A stretch of 36,959 nucleotides of DNA from Patescibacteria group bacterium. GTDB lineage: Archaea; Thermoproteota; Bathyarchaeia; TCS64. The position numbers and the translations under genes are program-made. Under the pieces are notes generated by a model. That model was not told the DNA's origin. It was given only the letters and a program-made list of their open reading frames with translations, and did no database searches. Where the stretch lies: assembly GCA_035527235.1 (NCBI GenBank), contig DATLAV010000205.1, forward strand, positions 1 to 36,959. The letters are read 5' to 3'. Shown in pieces: positions 1 through 9,500 of the stretch (the first letter of the stretch is position 1; each line of letters begins with the position of its first letter).

Positions 1-1291
1 CCTGGGGTGGGATCCCACTCTCCCTCTTCATTGGAGCAAGAGCTGTCTCCTCGATCTCCTTCATCTGGTCTCTGTCTATGGGTGTCCAGTCCTCCTGTAG
101 GCCAGCGTACTTAGCGGCAGCTATCCCGGCCCGCCTGGCGAAGGCGTAGGCTCCGGAGAGGCTGTCCTGCCAGATCTCGTCTCCGGCTGCGTAGAGCCCT
201 GGGAGGGTGGTTCCCCCGTAGTAGTTGAAGACAGGCCCCCCGAGGAAGCCAACTGGCTGGCTCTCGAACTCGGCTGTTGCCTTCCTTCGGTCAACCCCCC
301 GCTGCCTGTAGGTCTCCGTGAGGACGACGTCGGGGTAGTTCTTCTCGTCGCTGACGTAGGCCAGTTGCTTCGCCATCTGCTCCTCTGTAAGGTCCCTGGC
401 GTCCCAGGAGAGGGGTCCGTTACCCTTGTGCTCTTCCATGTGCATGGCGTAGCTCCTGCTCCACCTCTTCCTGTAGGTCTCGGTGAGGAAGTCCTCCCCC
501 TTGCCGTTGATGCATTTGCCCCCCCAGAAACGGGCCATGATGTTCCCCGACATGTGATCCGTACGGATGAGCTCCATCATCGTCAGCTCGCCCCCCGCCC
601 TGTAGACCATGCCCCTGCCGTCTCCGCAGTTGGTCCCCATGTCCCTCATGAAGAACCATTTGGTACCCGGGTTGACGACGTAGGTCCTGCTGGCGCTCCC
701 GGTGCACATCACCACGGCCTTGGCGTGGAAAGCCGTGAGCTCCCCGGTCCTCGTGTTGAGCCCGACGGCTCCGACAACCTTCCCGTCGCTGGTGAGGAGG
801 TCCACCGCCATGGTGCGTTCCACGACCTCTATGCCCCTGCGCTCCACCTCGTCCATGAGGCATTTCTTCATCGTGCCGCCTTTCACCCAGCAACCGCTCT
901 CCATCCTCTCCCCTATGCGCTCATGCCAGTAGCTGTCCCAGCTGCCGTCCTCCCTCTTGTAGATCTCGAGGCCCCAGCTCTCCAGTTCCCTGACGATGGG
1001 GGTGAACTCCTCCGCGATGATGTACTTGTCCAGGGGCCGCTCGATCCCCGACCAGCCGGAGCTGCTGCTCAGGTAGCCCTCGACGAACTCCATGCTCGTG
1101 GGGCCCCCCGGGACGTTGCACATCGGGTTGATCTCGCTGGTGTAGTGGCCTATCCCGAGGGCTCCACCGCTCCTGTGCACCGCCTTCTCCAGCACGAGGA
1201 CGTCCCCCGTGTGGTCGCTCGCCTTGATGGCGGCCATGCTCCCGGCTGCGCCGGCCCCTATGACTAGGACATCCGTCCGTACGATCTTCAT
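1..1291 (-). CDS. FAD-dependent oxidoreductase of the succinate dehydrogenase/fumarate reductase/AprA-like flavoprotein superfamily. Partial: the C-terminus lies beyond the left window edge.
   Basis: It is absent from the ORF track because it runs off the edge. Hand translation of the minus strand from the ATG at 1291-1289 gives MKIVRTDVLVIGAGAAGSMAAIKAS (GxGxxG FAD fold). It continues through ...AKAVVMCTGSASR... and ...TLPGLYAAGDE... and stays open to position 2. The listed ORFs 365..1267+, 420..893- and 921..1304- are other frames with P/R/H-rich junk. Confidence 0.8.
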   Translation of the reverse strand, partial: MKIVRTDVLVIGAGAAGSMAAIKASDHTGDVLVLEKAVHRSGGALGIGHYTSEINPMCNVPGGPTSMEFVEGYLSSSSGWSGIERPLDKYIIAEEFTPIVRELESWGLEIYKREDGSWDSYWHERIGERMESGCWVKGGTMKKCLMDEVERRGIEVVERTMAVDLLTSDGKVVGAVGLNTRTGELTAFHAKAVVMCTGSASRTYVVNPGTKWFFMRDMGTNCGDGRGMVYRAGGELTMMELIRTDHMSGNIMARFWGGKCINGKGEDFLTETYRKRWSRSYAMHMEEHKGNGPLSWDARDLTEEQMAKQLAYVSDEKNYPDVVLTETYRQRGVDRRKATAEFESQPVGFLGGPVFNYYGGTTLPGLYAAGDEIWQDSLSGAYAFARRAGIAAAKYAGLQEDWTPIDRDQMKEIEETALAPMKRESGIPPQ

Positions 1292-1554
1292 ATCCAACTG
1301 TCAAATGACTTCTTTAGTTATAATTTTACTTACGTCGGAACATTAACCGTATAATGGTATGCGAGATGGAGACACGAACGGGGTCTCACCTGAAGATTTC
1401 TACGAATCTGACATTCGTTAAACAAGATGTCGTTCGTAAATAAACTGATAGGCGTTTTCTATGAATAATAATATTAACTTTCTCATTGTTGTATGCTGAT
1501 TTCAACACGGTGGTCTAGTTGGAGCGGAAGGGCAGGCTGCAGGAATACTACTCA

Positions 1555-2775
1555 ATGTTCAGGGAAGTGTTCAGCAACAAGAACATTCTGGCGATCTCCA
1601 TCACCACTTCCCTCTGGAGTCTCATGGGGATGGGCTATCGCCCCTTCTGGACACTCTACCTGCAGGACTTCCTGGGAGCCTCGGTCACGAACATCGGCAT
1701 CTTCTCGATGATCTCCACGGCTGAAAACCTCATATTCCAGCTGCCGGGGGGGCTACTGGCCGACAGGTACGGGAGGAGGAAGCTGATCATCTTCGGATCG
1801 GTCCTGAGGACTTTCGGGCCGATCCTCTACTTCCTGGCCCCAAGCTGGGAGTGGGTGATCCCCGGTGCTTTAGCGAGCGGCATGACGAGCCTATACATGC
1901 CTGCCTTCACCGCGATAGTTGCGGAGTCTCTGCCCAGTAAGAGGAGGGGCTCTGGCTATGGGGTCTACAACACGATCACACGCATCCCGAACATAATCTC
2001 CCCCCTCATAGGGGGGATCCTCATGGACACGTACGGGCTCTACAAGGGCGTCAGGATGTTCCTTTTGATGCATATCGGCGTCTCCATCTTGACGATCATC
2101 ATCAGGTACTTCACGATAAAGGAGACAATGGTTCATAAAACTGGTAAGAGACCCTCCCTGATACCCACAGCCAAGACCTTCAGAGAACTGCCCCGCCCCA
2201 TATTCATAATGATGATAGTGTCCATAATCGGAAGCTTCTCGGGGAGGCTAGTAGCGGACTATACCAACCTCTACGCCCTCGACATCCTAAAAATAACACC
2301 AACCCAGCTAGGATTCATCACCTCGATCGCCGGCCTGGTGCAGGCGACCCTCACGCTTCCCAGCGGGATGCTCTCCGACAAGTACGGCCGTAAGAACAAC
2401 ATCATGGTCTCAAGGGTCGTCTCGCCCGTCACCCAGTACTTCATGGCGGCTGTCACGGGATTCCAACCATACCTGCTGGTGAGGGCTTTCAACGCGATCG
2501 GCCTGGCCTTCGGGGGCGGCGGCGTTCGGGCGGGGGGGTCCGCCTGGAACGCCCTGATCGCCGATATCGTTCCCTCTCAGAAGAGGGCCACCGTGAACGG
2601 TGTGATAGGCACCCTCACCGCGGTCGTCGCTGCACCGTCCTCTGTTCTCGGCGGTTGGCTCTGGGAGACGTTCTATCCCCAGTTACCCTTCCAGCTCTCG
2701 GCTGTCATCGGCTTGGTCGCTGCTGCGGTTTTCTGGGTGGGCGTCCATGAACCGGAGAAGGCGCTCGAAGAATGA
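1555..2775 (+). CDS. MFS family transporter
   Basis: The ORF is 1519..2775 and contains many hydrophobic helices. It carries the MFS loop signature GGLLADRYGRRK. I prefer the ATG at 1555 (MFREVFSNKNIL...) over the TTG at 1519, but the start is uncertain. Confidence 0.8.
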   Translation: MFREVFSNKNILAISITTSLWSLMGMGYRPFWTLYLQDFLGASVTNIGIFSMISTAENLIFQLPGGLLADRYGRRKLIIFGSVLRTFGPILYFLAPSWEWVIPGALASGMTSLYMPAFTAIVAESLPSKRRGSGYGVYNTITRIPNIISPLIGGILMDTYGLYKGVRMFLLMHIGVSILTIIIRYFTIKETMVHKTGKRPSLIPTAKTFRELPRPIFIMMIVSIIGSFSGRLVADYTNLYALDILKITPTQLGFITSIAGLVQATLTLPSGMLSDKYGRKNNIMVSRVVSPVTQYFMAAVTGFQPYLLVRAFNAIGLAFGGGGVRAGGSAWNALIADIVPSQKRATVNGVIGTLTAVVAAPSSVLGGWLWETFYPQLPFQLSAVIGLVAAAVFWVGVHEPEKALEE

Positions 2776-2883
2776 CCCAATTTACTCCACGCGCGCGTCA
2801 TTAGGTGAGATCGTGGCAGTAATACGCGCTTTCGAGAGGGGCACGGTGGGAGCGCAAGGGCAAATATCGAATGGCGACCTGCC

Positions 2884-3453
2884 CTATTTTTCAAGCTCCA
2901 GATAGAATGTGTGTTCTCTGTCCTCCACTTTTACCGTCTTGAATCCTGCATCCTCAGCCAGCTCCCTGAGGGTCTGGGCGCTCTGTTTCTTGAGGCTGGA
3001 TCCGTAGCCGGTCTCGACGGTCTCGTCCGGCATAACAATCTTGAGGGGGATGACGAAGTGCTTCTTATCACCGGATTTCTCGGGGATGTCCGCGTCCCAG
3101 ATGTGGAGCCTGGCGCCTGGCCTGAGGACCCTATGGGCCTCGGCGAGGACCTTGGGTATCTGGTCGTTGGGGATGTACATCAGGGTGTAGAAGGCCGTGG
3201 CGGCTGTGAATGAGTTGTCGAGGAATTTAAGGTCCGTGGCGTCCATGACGACCTTAAGGGCGTCGTTGTCAGTCTCCTCAAGTTCCTCAGACCGTTTGTC
3301 GATAGCTACAACTTGCATGCCGTTAAGCTTGCCAATGATGCCTTCTCCTCCGCCTCCGAGATCAAGAATGAATCCGTCGGTTATGATGGATTTGATCTCG
3401 ATGGTCTGCTGTTCCACCATGAGGGCCTGGGCGAGATATTCCTCCTGGCTCAT
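2884..3453 (-). CDS. Class I SAM-dependent methyltransferase
   Basis: Motif I is ILDLGGGGEG, followed by VVAIDKR and DATDLKF (motifs II/III). The start is set at the internal ATG at 3453 (MSQEEYL...). The upstream 40 codons of ORF 2884..3573 translate a tRNA T-arm fragment (WVQIPPGAP). Confidence 0.85.
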   Translation of the reverse strand: MSQEEYLAQALMVEQQTIEIKSIITDGFILDLGGGGEGIIGKLNGMQVVAIDKRSEELEETDNDALKVVMDATDLKFLDNSFTAATAFYTLMYIPNDQIPKVLAEAHRVLRPGARLHIWDADIPEKSGDKKHFVIPLKIVMPDETVETGYGSSLKKQSAQTLRELAEDAGFKTVKVEDREHTFYLELEK

Positions 3454-3531
3454 GGGTCTTCGTGGCAAATTTGAGTTAAGGATATAATATACTGTTCGGT
3501 GTTTGTGTCCAGTGCTGCGCGCGCAGTATAA

Positions 3532-3559
3532 TGGAGCCCCGGGTGGGATTTGAACCCAG
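3532..3559 (-). other. Orphan tRNA 3' fragment (T-arm, 3' acceptor strand, discriminator, CCA). No matching 5' half is nearby.
   Basis: The minus strand reads CTGGG-TTCAAAT-CCCAC-CCGGGGC-T-CCA. It matches the 3' end of the intact tRNA-Thr at 3723-3749 over roughly 24 of 26 nt. No GCCCCGG 5' acceptor strand occurs between 3560 and 3722. Confidence 0.6.
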
Positions 3560-3607
3560 GTAGCATAAATCATTCAAGCTATTCAGGAGCTGAACAGTGG
3601 CTATACA

Positions 3608-3664
3608 GCTTCAACACACATAAGAAAACACCCAGAAAAACACTCCAAAACACAAAACAACTCC
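3608..3664. repeat. A/C-rich element on the plus strand (T/G-rich on the tRNA strand), copy A. It is similar to 26761..26806.
   Basis: Shared blocks are gcttcaa, agaaaac, gaa(aa)acac, ccaaaacacaa and caact(c/t)c. Both copies lie 59-70 nt downstream of the 3' end of a minus-strand tRNA gene. Confidence 0.45.
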
Positions 3665-3672
3665 AAAAAAAA
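3665..3672 (-). terminator. Oligo-T (T8) tract downstream of tRNA-Thr, a likely archaeal terminator
   Basis: The plus strand has aaaaaaaa, which is T8 on the minus strand, 51 nt after the tRNA 3' end. More T4-T5 runs follow on the same strand. Confidence 0.5.
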
Positions 3673-3722
3673 CCCCTTTTACCTCCATTATGATAGAGGG
3701 GGGAGGGGGTCACATAAAATAG

Positions 3723-3795
3723 AGCCCCGGGCGGGATTTGAACCCGCGGCCAACAACTTACGAGGCTGCCGCTCTGGCCTCTGAGCTACCGGGGC
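3723..3795 (-). tRNA. tRNA-Thr (anticodon CGU), 73 nt, CCA not encoded
   Basis: The reverse complement folds by hand as GCCCCGG TA GCTC AGAGGCCA GAGC G GCAGC CTCGTAA GTTGT TGGCC GCGGG TTCAAAT CCCGC CCGGGGC T. Confidence 0.9.
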
Positions 3796-3840
3796 ACAGC
3801 AACTCCTAATGAAGAGAATCCCATTTTTAAGACGTGCGGT

Positions 3841-4098
3841 CTAGAAGATCTTCCTCAGCACCGCAAGGATCCCCATCACGAAGAAAACGGAGACCGCCAG
3901 AAACTCACTCCCCGTGAACCAGTAGACCGCAAACGCGATGACCGCCCCCGGGATCAGCACTATCACGAGCCCCGCAATGTAGGAGAGCACCGCCCCCAGG
4001 ATCAGGAGCACGAACAGCCCTATCAGGAGACCCAGCCACTCGTAGGGATCCAACCCTGGAACACCATGAGAAGGAGAGGCGATCCTCCCTAAAAACAT
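3841..4098 (-). CDS. Small hypothetical membrane protein (85 aa, 2-3 TM segments)
   Basis: The sequence is hydrophobic (LLIGLFVLLILGAVLSYIAGLVIVLIPGAVIAFAVYWF). Its ATG lies 1 nt after the stop of the upstream CoA-transferase on the same strand, suggesting co-transcription. Confidence 0.6.
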   Translation of the reverse strand: MFLGRIASPSHGVPGLDPYEWLGLLIGLFVLLILGAVLSYIAGLVIVLIPGAVIAFAVYWFTGSEFLAVSVFFVMGILAVLRKIF

Positions 4099-4099
4099 C

Positions 4100-5257
4100 T
4101 CACATAGGCTTCGACGTGACGCCGGCCTTCACCAGCTCCTCGAACCTCTCATCCGAGACCCCCAGGAGCTCCCTGAGCACCTCCCTGCTGTGCTGCGCCA
4201 GCACCGGCGACGCCGTCCTCACCTCACCGGGGCTCTCAGTCATCTTCACCGGGAAGTTGAGGAGCTTCAGCTTGCCCGCCTTGCCATGCTCCACCTCCAC
4301 GAACATGTCCCGGGCGTTCAGGTGGGGATCCTCGATAGTCTCGTTCACGTGGTAGATGGGCGCCACGGGAAGCCCCATGCCGACGAAGAGGTCGACGGCC
4401 TCGTCCCGGGTCATGGATGCGACCCGCTCCTCCAGCATCTCCTTCGTAGGCTCCTCCACCTCCATCCACTCCTTCATCTTGTCCATGCCTCTGGGCCCGA
4501 AGCCCGCCAGCCTGACCCAGCCGCCGTCGCTCGTCTTCAGTATGCCGCCGATGCCGCCCCTCCCCATGGGATACTTCTCCCGGATCTCCCTCGGGGTCAT
4601 CCCGAAGAGAAGGTAGGCCGTGATCGCCGTGTTGTACGCGGACATGCAGTCGAACTGGGCGACGTCGATCATCTGCCCCTTCCCCGTCCTGTCCCTATAC
4701 CTGAGGGCGGCGAGGAGAGACATGGCCGCCATCGTCCCGGGGCCGAGGTCCCCGTAGGCCTGGGCCATCTCGATGGGAGGCCCTTCGGGATCGTGGCTCT
4801 CCCCGGTGAGCCGGGTGTGACCGCTCATCGCCTCCGCAATCATTGCGTAGCTCCTCCGCTTCGTATAGGGCCCCGTCTGACCGAAGCCCGAGAGCGCCGC
4901 GTAGATAACCTTGGGGTTCAGCTCCTTGAGAACGTCGTATCCGAAGCCCAGCCGCTCCATAGCACCGGGGCTAAAGTTCTGGACCACAACATCCGAGACC
5001 TTCACCAGCTCCTTGAATATCTCCGCGCCCTCCGGCTCCTTCAGGTTGAGGGTGAGGCTCTTCTTATTCAGGTTCAGGTGGTGGAACGTGTAGCTGGAAC
5101 CCCCCTTCAGGGCTCCCTCGGCCGCCCGGTCGATGGCCCCCCACGGCGGCTCGATCCTGATGACCTCCGCCCCAAAGTCCGCCAGCATCATGCAGCACCA
5201 CGGCCCGAACCAGACATGGCACAGATCCAAAACCCTGATGTCGTCAAGTACCTTCAT
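4100..5257 (-). CDS. Family III CoA-transferase (CaiB/BaiF family)
   Basis: The product starts MKVLDDIRVLDLCHVWFGPWCCMMLADFGAEVIRIE and continues ...VVVQNFSPGAMERLGFGYDVLKELNPKVIYAALSGFGQTGPY. The true start is the ATG at 5257. The 212-codon N-terminal extension of ORF 4100..5893 is low-complexity and overlaps thiL. Confidence 0.88.
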   Translation of the reverse strand: MKVLDDIRVLDLCHVWFGPWCCMMLADFGAEVIRIEPPWGAIDRAAEGALKGGSSYTFHHLNLNKKSLTLNLKEPEGAEIFKELVKVSDVVVQNFSPGAMERLGFGYDVLKELNPKVIYAALSGFGQTGPYTKRRSYAMIAEAMSGHTRLTGESHDPEGPPIEMAQAYGDLGPGTMAAMSLLAALRYRDRTGKGQMIDVAQFDCMSAYNTAITAYLLFGMTPREIREKYPMGRGGIGGILKTSDGGWVRLAGFGPRGMDKMKEWMEVEEPTKEMLEERVASMTRDEAVDLFVGMGLPVAPIYHVNETIEDPHLNARDMFVEVEHGKAGKLKLLNFPVKMTESPGEVRTASPVLAQHSREVLRELLGVSDERFEELVKAGVTSKPM

Positions 5258-5351
5258 CCAACAGACCTCCAGATTTAAAGGAAATAACCCAGCAAGCATA
5301 TTTGACGTTTTCCAGAAGGCAGCGGTAAAGTTATTGGCTCCAGAAAACCCC

Positions 5352-6362
5352 ATGGACCATGATGAGACCATGCCAAAGACGGTGGGAGAAATAGGGGAGA
5401 GGGGCCTCATAGAGCTGATGCTCCGCCACATCACCCCGATGCCCAACATGCCGATACCCTTCTGGGACGACGTGATGGCGGTCAGCCTCGGCGACGGGAG
5501 GGCCGCGGTGATGAACACCGACATGCTCGTCTGGAGCACCGACATCCCCCCGGGCATGAGCCACTTCCAGGCCGCCAGAAAGGCGGTGGTCATGAACTTC
5601 AGCGACCTGGGGGCGAAGGGCGTCCAGCCCCAAGCGTTCCTCTCCAGCCTCGGCATACCCAGGGACGTCAGAGTGGACGACGTCGAAGAACTGGCCAAAG
5701 GCTTCGAGGCCGGGGCACGGGAGTACGGCGGATACGTCATAGGAGGGGACACAAACGAGGCCCCCGACATCATCATCAGCGGAGTAGCGTTCGGCGTCGG
5801 CGAAGAGAACAGACTCATGAAGAGGAAGGGCACGACGCCAGGGGACGTCCTCGCCGCCACCGGGAGGTTCGGCGATACTGCCGCCGCATTCAAGATCCTC
5901 CTAGAGGGCGTCGACGCACCGGACGCGCTCAGGGAAAAACTGCTGGCATCCGTCTACACCCCAAACGCAAGGGTGAGGGAGGGCATCGCCCTCGGGGAGT
6001 CCGGCGCGGTCACAGCCTCTATAGACTCGAGCGACGGCCTCGCCGTCAGCCTCTACGACCTCTCCCGGAGCAGCGGCGTCGGCTTCAAGCTCCACACACT
6101 GCCCATCTCAGCCATGGCCGAGGAGTTCGCTGGCATCCACGACATGGACCCCGGGAAGCTGGCCCTCTACGGCGGCGAGGAGTACGAACTCGTCTTCACC
6201 GTGAAGCCCTCAGAGATGGATATGGCGAGGGAGGCCCTAAGAACAGTGGGTTGCGACCTCTTAGAGTTGGGTGTGGCCACGTCTACGAGGAGGATGGTGT
6301 TGGTGGAGGATGGCGTGGAGACCCTCATCAAGAAGGGGGGCTGGGAGCACTTCACGGGTTAA
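5352..6362 (+). CDS. thiL: Thiamine-monophosphate kinase (AIR synthase-related fold)
   Basis: Matching segments are GEIGERGLIE, DDVMAV..GDG.AAVMNTDMLVWSTDIP, AARKAVVMNFSDLGAKG and YGGYVIGGDTNEAPD. The start is ATG 5352 (alternative 5370). The upstream part of ORF 5133..6362 overlaps the CoA-transferase. Confidence 0.8.
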   Translation: MDHDETMPKTVGEIGERGLIELMLRHITPMPNMPIPFWDDVMAVSLGDGRAAVMNTDMLVWSTDIPPGMSHFQAARKAVVMNFSDLGAKGVQPQAFLSSLGIPRDVRVDDVEELAKGFEAGAREYGGYVIGGDTNEAPDIIISGVAFGVGEENRLMKRKGTTPGDVLAATGRFGDTAAAFKILLEGVDAPDALREKLLASVYTPNARVREGIALGESGAVTASIDSSDGLAVSLYDLSRSSGVGFKLHTLPISAMAEEFAGIHDMDPGKLALYGGEEYELVFTVKPSEMDMAREALRTVGCDLLELGVATSTRRMVLVEDGVETLIKKGGWEHFTG

Positions 6363-6544
6363 TGAAGAAAAGATGAAAAAGGTCCTCTAAGTGGGATAAA
6401 ACTAGGCCAGAAGACGCGATTAAAAGATATTTTAATACCATTTTTCATAAATTTCAGTTAATCCAGCCCGTCTACCTGAGGGGATCGCAATAAAGCTCTT
6501 ATTTCCCTTGGACATCTTTACTCTCATACAAGGGTCGAGACGTT

Positions 6545-9500
6545 TTGGACAAAGCTCAATCAAAGGTACTACGCAGGATCGACGAATGGAAGCTCAAGCT
6601 CATCGACCTGAGCAGGCGAAACCGCCTCGTCAACTTCAGGCCCACCAGGAGCTCCAACACCCAGTTCGACGAGCCCGGGATGAACGCCGTCTTCGAGAGG
6701 CTCGTCACCGAGAACAAGTGGTGGGAGATCTGGATGCCCCCAGCGGAAGGCGAGAGGGCGACGCGCCCCCGGAAGACCCAGGTGGTCCCATCGACGCAGG
6801 AGCGCAGCCAGCTGGAGAGGATCCTGAGGAACCTCGCCCGCCGGTCGGCCTCAGAGTACAGGGAGAGGGGGATCAGGGTACTCTACGTGACCTTTGGAAT
6901 GCTTAGGTGGGTCGACTCGGGCACCAGCGAGCAGCTCATGTCCCCCATCGCGCTGACCCCGGTGGAGCTCACCCGTAAGACGACCAGGGACCCCTACAGG
7001 ATACAGATACCGGCCGTCGAGGACGAAGTCATACTGAACCCCGCCCTCAAGCTGAAGCTCCAGTACGACCACAACATCGAGCTGCCGCCCCTCCCAGACT
7101 TCGAGGAGAGAACACTGAGCGACTACCTAGACACGGTCCAGGAGGCGGTGGAGGGCACCGGCTGGTACGTTGAACCCACGGTCCAGCTCGGCCTCTTCTC
7201 CTTCTACAAGCTGGTCATGTACCACGACCTTGAGGAGAACGCCAACATCATCGCGGAGCACCCCCTCATCAAGGCCCTCGCCGGCGTCGCCCAGCCCCCC
7301 ACGGCTGACGGCCTCCTGCCCACAGAGGGGGAGCTAGACGGCATCGTAGACCCTAAGGGCACATACCAGGTCCTCGACGCCGACAGCAGCCAGCAGCTCT
7401 GCATCCAGTACGCCCTCGGGGGGCAGAGCTTCGTGATGCACGGCCCCCCGGGCACCGGGAAGAGCCAGACTATCGCCAACATGATCTCCGAGTTCATCGC
7501 CGCCGGGAAGAGCGTCCTCTTCGTCAGCGAGAAGATGGCCGCCCTCGAGGTCGTCTACAGTCGCCTCAAGGCGAAGAACCTAGACGACTTCTGCCTCGAG
7601 CTCCACAGCCACAAGGCGAACAAGAGGGAGGTCGTCGCAGAGCTGAAGAGGTCCATGGACGAGCACCTGAGTCTAAGGGGGGGCATCACCGACGAGGAGC
7701 TAAGCAGGCTGGCGTCACGCCGGGACCAGCTCAACGCCTACGTCGAGGCCCTCCACATCAGGAGACAGCCCATGGAGATGAGCGCCTACGAGCTCTTCGG
7801 CAGGCTCGCGCGCCTCGAGGAGGCCCCCTTCCTCCCCAGCGGTTACCCCGCGTTCAACACCCTGAACCAGGCGAGGCTCTTCGAGCTCGAGGAGAAGATG
7901 AGGAGGCTCACCAACGCCTGGGCCGTCGTCGAGGAGGGGCAGAGGTTTCCCTGGAGGGGGTGCAGGGAGGAAAGGTTCACCCCCGAGACACGCTCAAGCT
8001 GGATGGCCCTCCTGGATGGAGCCATCTCCACCATCGAGGGGCTCAAGGAGGCCACGACCAGGTTCACGGAGACCCTGGGGCTGGAGGCCCCCAAGACCAC
8101 CGCAGAGTACGAGCGCCTCCAGAGGCTGGCGGAGCTCATCACGGCGACGCCGAGGCCCCCCATGAACTGGTTCGAGGACGTCGACCTCGATGGCGTCAAG
8201 GACAGGACAAGGGACCTCAGAAAGGAGTGGGAGGCCTACTGGAACGAGCGGAGGGCGTTGGAGAAGAGCTACGACAGCAGGTTCCTCGTCCTCCCGCCGG
8301 GCACCGCCGACCGCATAGAGGGGGAGTGGAGCTCACTGAAGGAGGTCCTTAAGCCCGCCTCGAAGGGAGACGGCGATCTCCTGAAGCAGATGACGGAGCT
8401 CAACGAGTACGCCACCAACCTCCGGGACGGGATGCTCAAATGGAAGAAGGACGCCGACGCCACTGCTGAGTTCCTGGGATTGAAGACGGACGTCGAGACT
8501 CCAGAGAGGGCGATGCAGCTCTCCCAACTCGCCGACCTCTGCGAGGGGGAGACCAAGCCCGAGAGGGCGTGGCTCGACATGAGCAGACTCCAGGAGACGA
8601 GGGCGCTGCTCGAGAGCCTCAGGGAGCACTACAGCGGGAGCGAGGAGCTCAGGGGCAGGCTCGACGTCTACACGGAGGAGCTCCTCACCCTCGACCTGGA
8701 CCGTCTCATCGGATGGTACGAGGGCTCCGGCAAATCCTTCCTCAGGTTCCTTAACCCCAGCCACTACAGCATCCAGGGAACCGTCTCCAGGGTCAGCAGG
8801 TCAGGCAGCGTGCCCGAGACGATACTCGACGACCTGAAGACCGCCAAGGAGCTCGTCCAGCTCCAGAGAAAGCTCGCCGAAGGCCAGGAGGACGCAAAAA
8901 AGGCCCTGGGAAGCTACTACACCGGCGACAGGCCCGACTTCGAGGCCGCAGAGAAGGCCCTGGAGACCGCCGAGACGGCCATCAAGATCGCAGGGAGAGC
9001 CAGGGCACCCAAGGCCTTGAGGGACAACCTTGCAGCCGGCACCAAGCCCGGGAAGGACCTCCTCGAGGTAGGCCACAGGCTAAGGGACTCCCTCGCCGCC
9101 TGGAGGAAGAGGACCCGGGAGGTGGGAGGTCTGGTGCCCCCGAGGAGGATTCCGACCTCAGGGAAGTCACTGGAGAAGAGCACGTTCAAGGAGATCGATG
9201 AGTGGGCCTACGAGGTCGGCGAGAGGCTTGGGGCCCTGAGCAGGACATCAGCAGAGGCCCTGGCGACCCGGAAGACAGAGCATCCACCCCACATGGGGGC
9301 CCTCATCCTGGACCTTAGGAGGGTCGAGGGGCTCCAGAGGTTCGAGGACCACGTCGAGGGGCTCAAGGAGGAGATGCAGGGCTCCTTCGGCCACCTCTAC
9401 GCCGGGCTCCTCACCGACTGGGACGCCGTCGCCGGGGCGGTGGACTGGACCAAGAGGGTGATCCGGGCCCTCTCCAGCGGCGTGCCGGACTCCCTGAAGA

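Noticed and set aside
365-1267. A 300-aa plus-strand ORF, with 420..893- and 921..1304-
   Set aside because: The translations are P/R/H/G-rich nonsense. The region is fully explained by a minus-strand FAD oxidoreductase in another frame that is missing from the track because it runs off the window edge.
3532-3722. Split, permuted or long-intron tRNA gene interpretation of the tRNA 3' fragment
   Set aside because: I found no complementary 5' acceptor strand (GCCCCGG), D-arm or credible anticodon stem-loop by hand in the 160 nt upstream on that strand. The hypothesis is kept open only as a refutation test for the att-scar idea.
5258-5893. N-terminal 212 codons of the 597-aa ORF 4100..5893 (and the 5133..5351 extension of the thiL ORF)
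   Set aside because: The sequence is low-complexity S/P/A-rich with no family signal. It overlaps the well-supported divergent thiL gene. The canonical CoA-transferase N-terminus MKVLDDIRVLDL begins at 5257.
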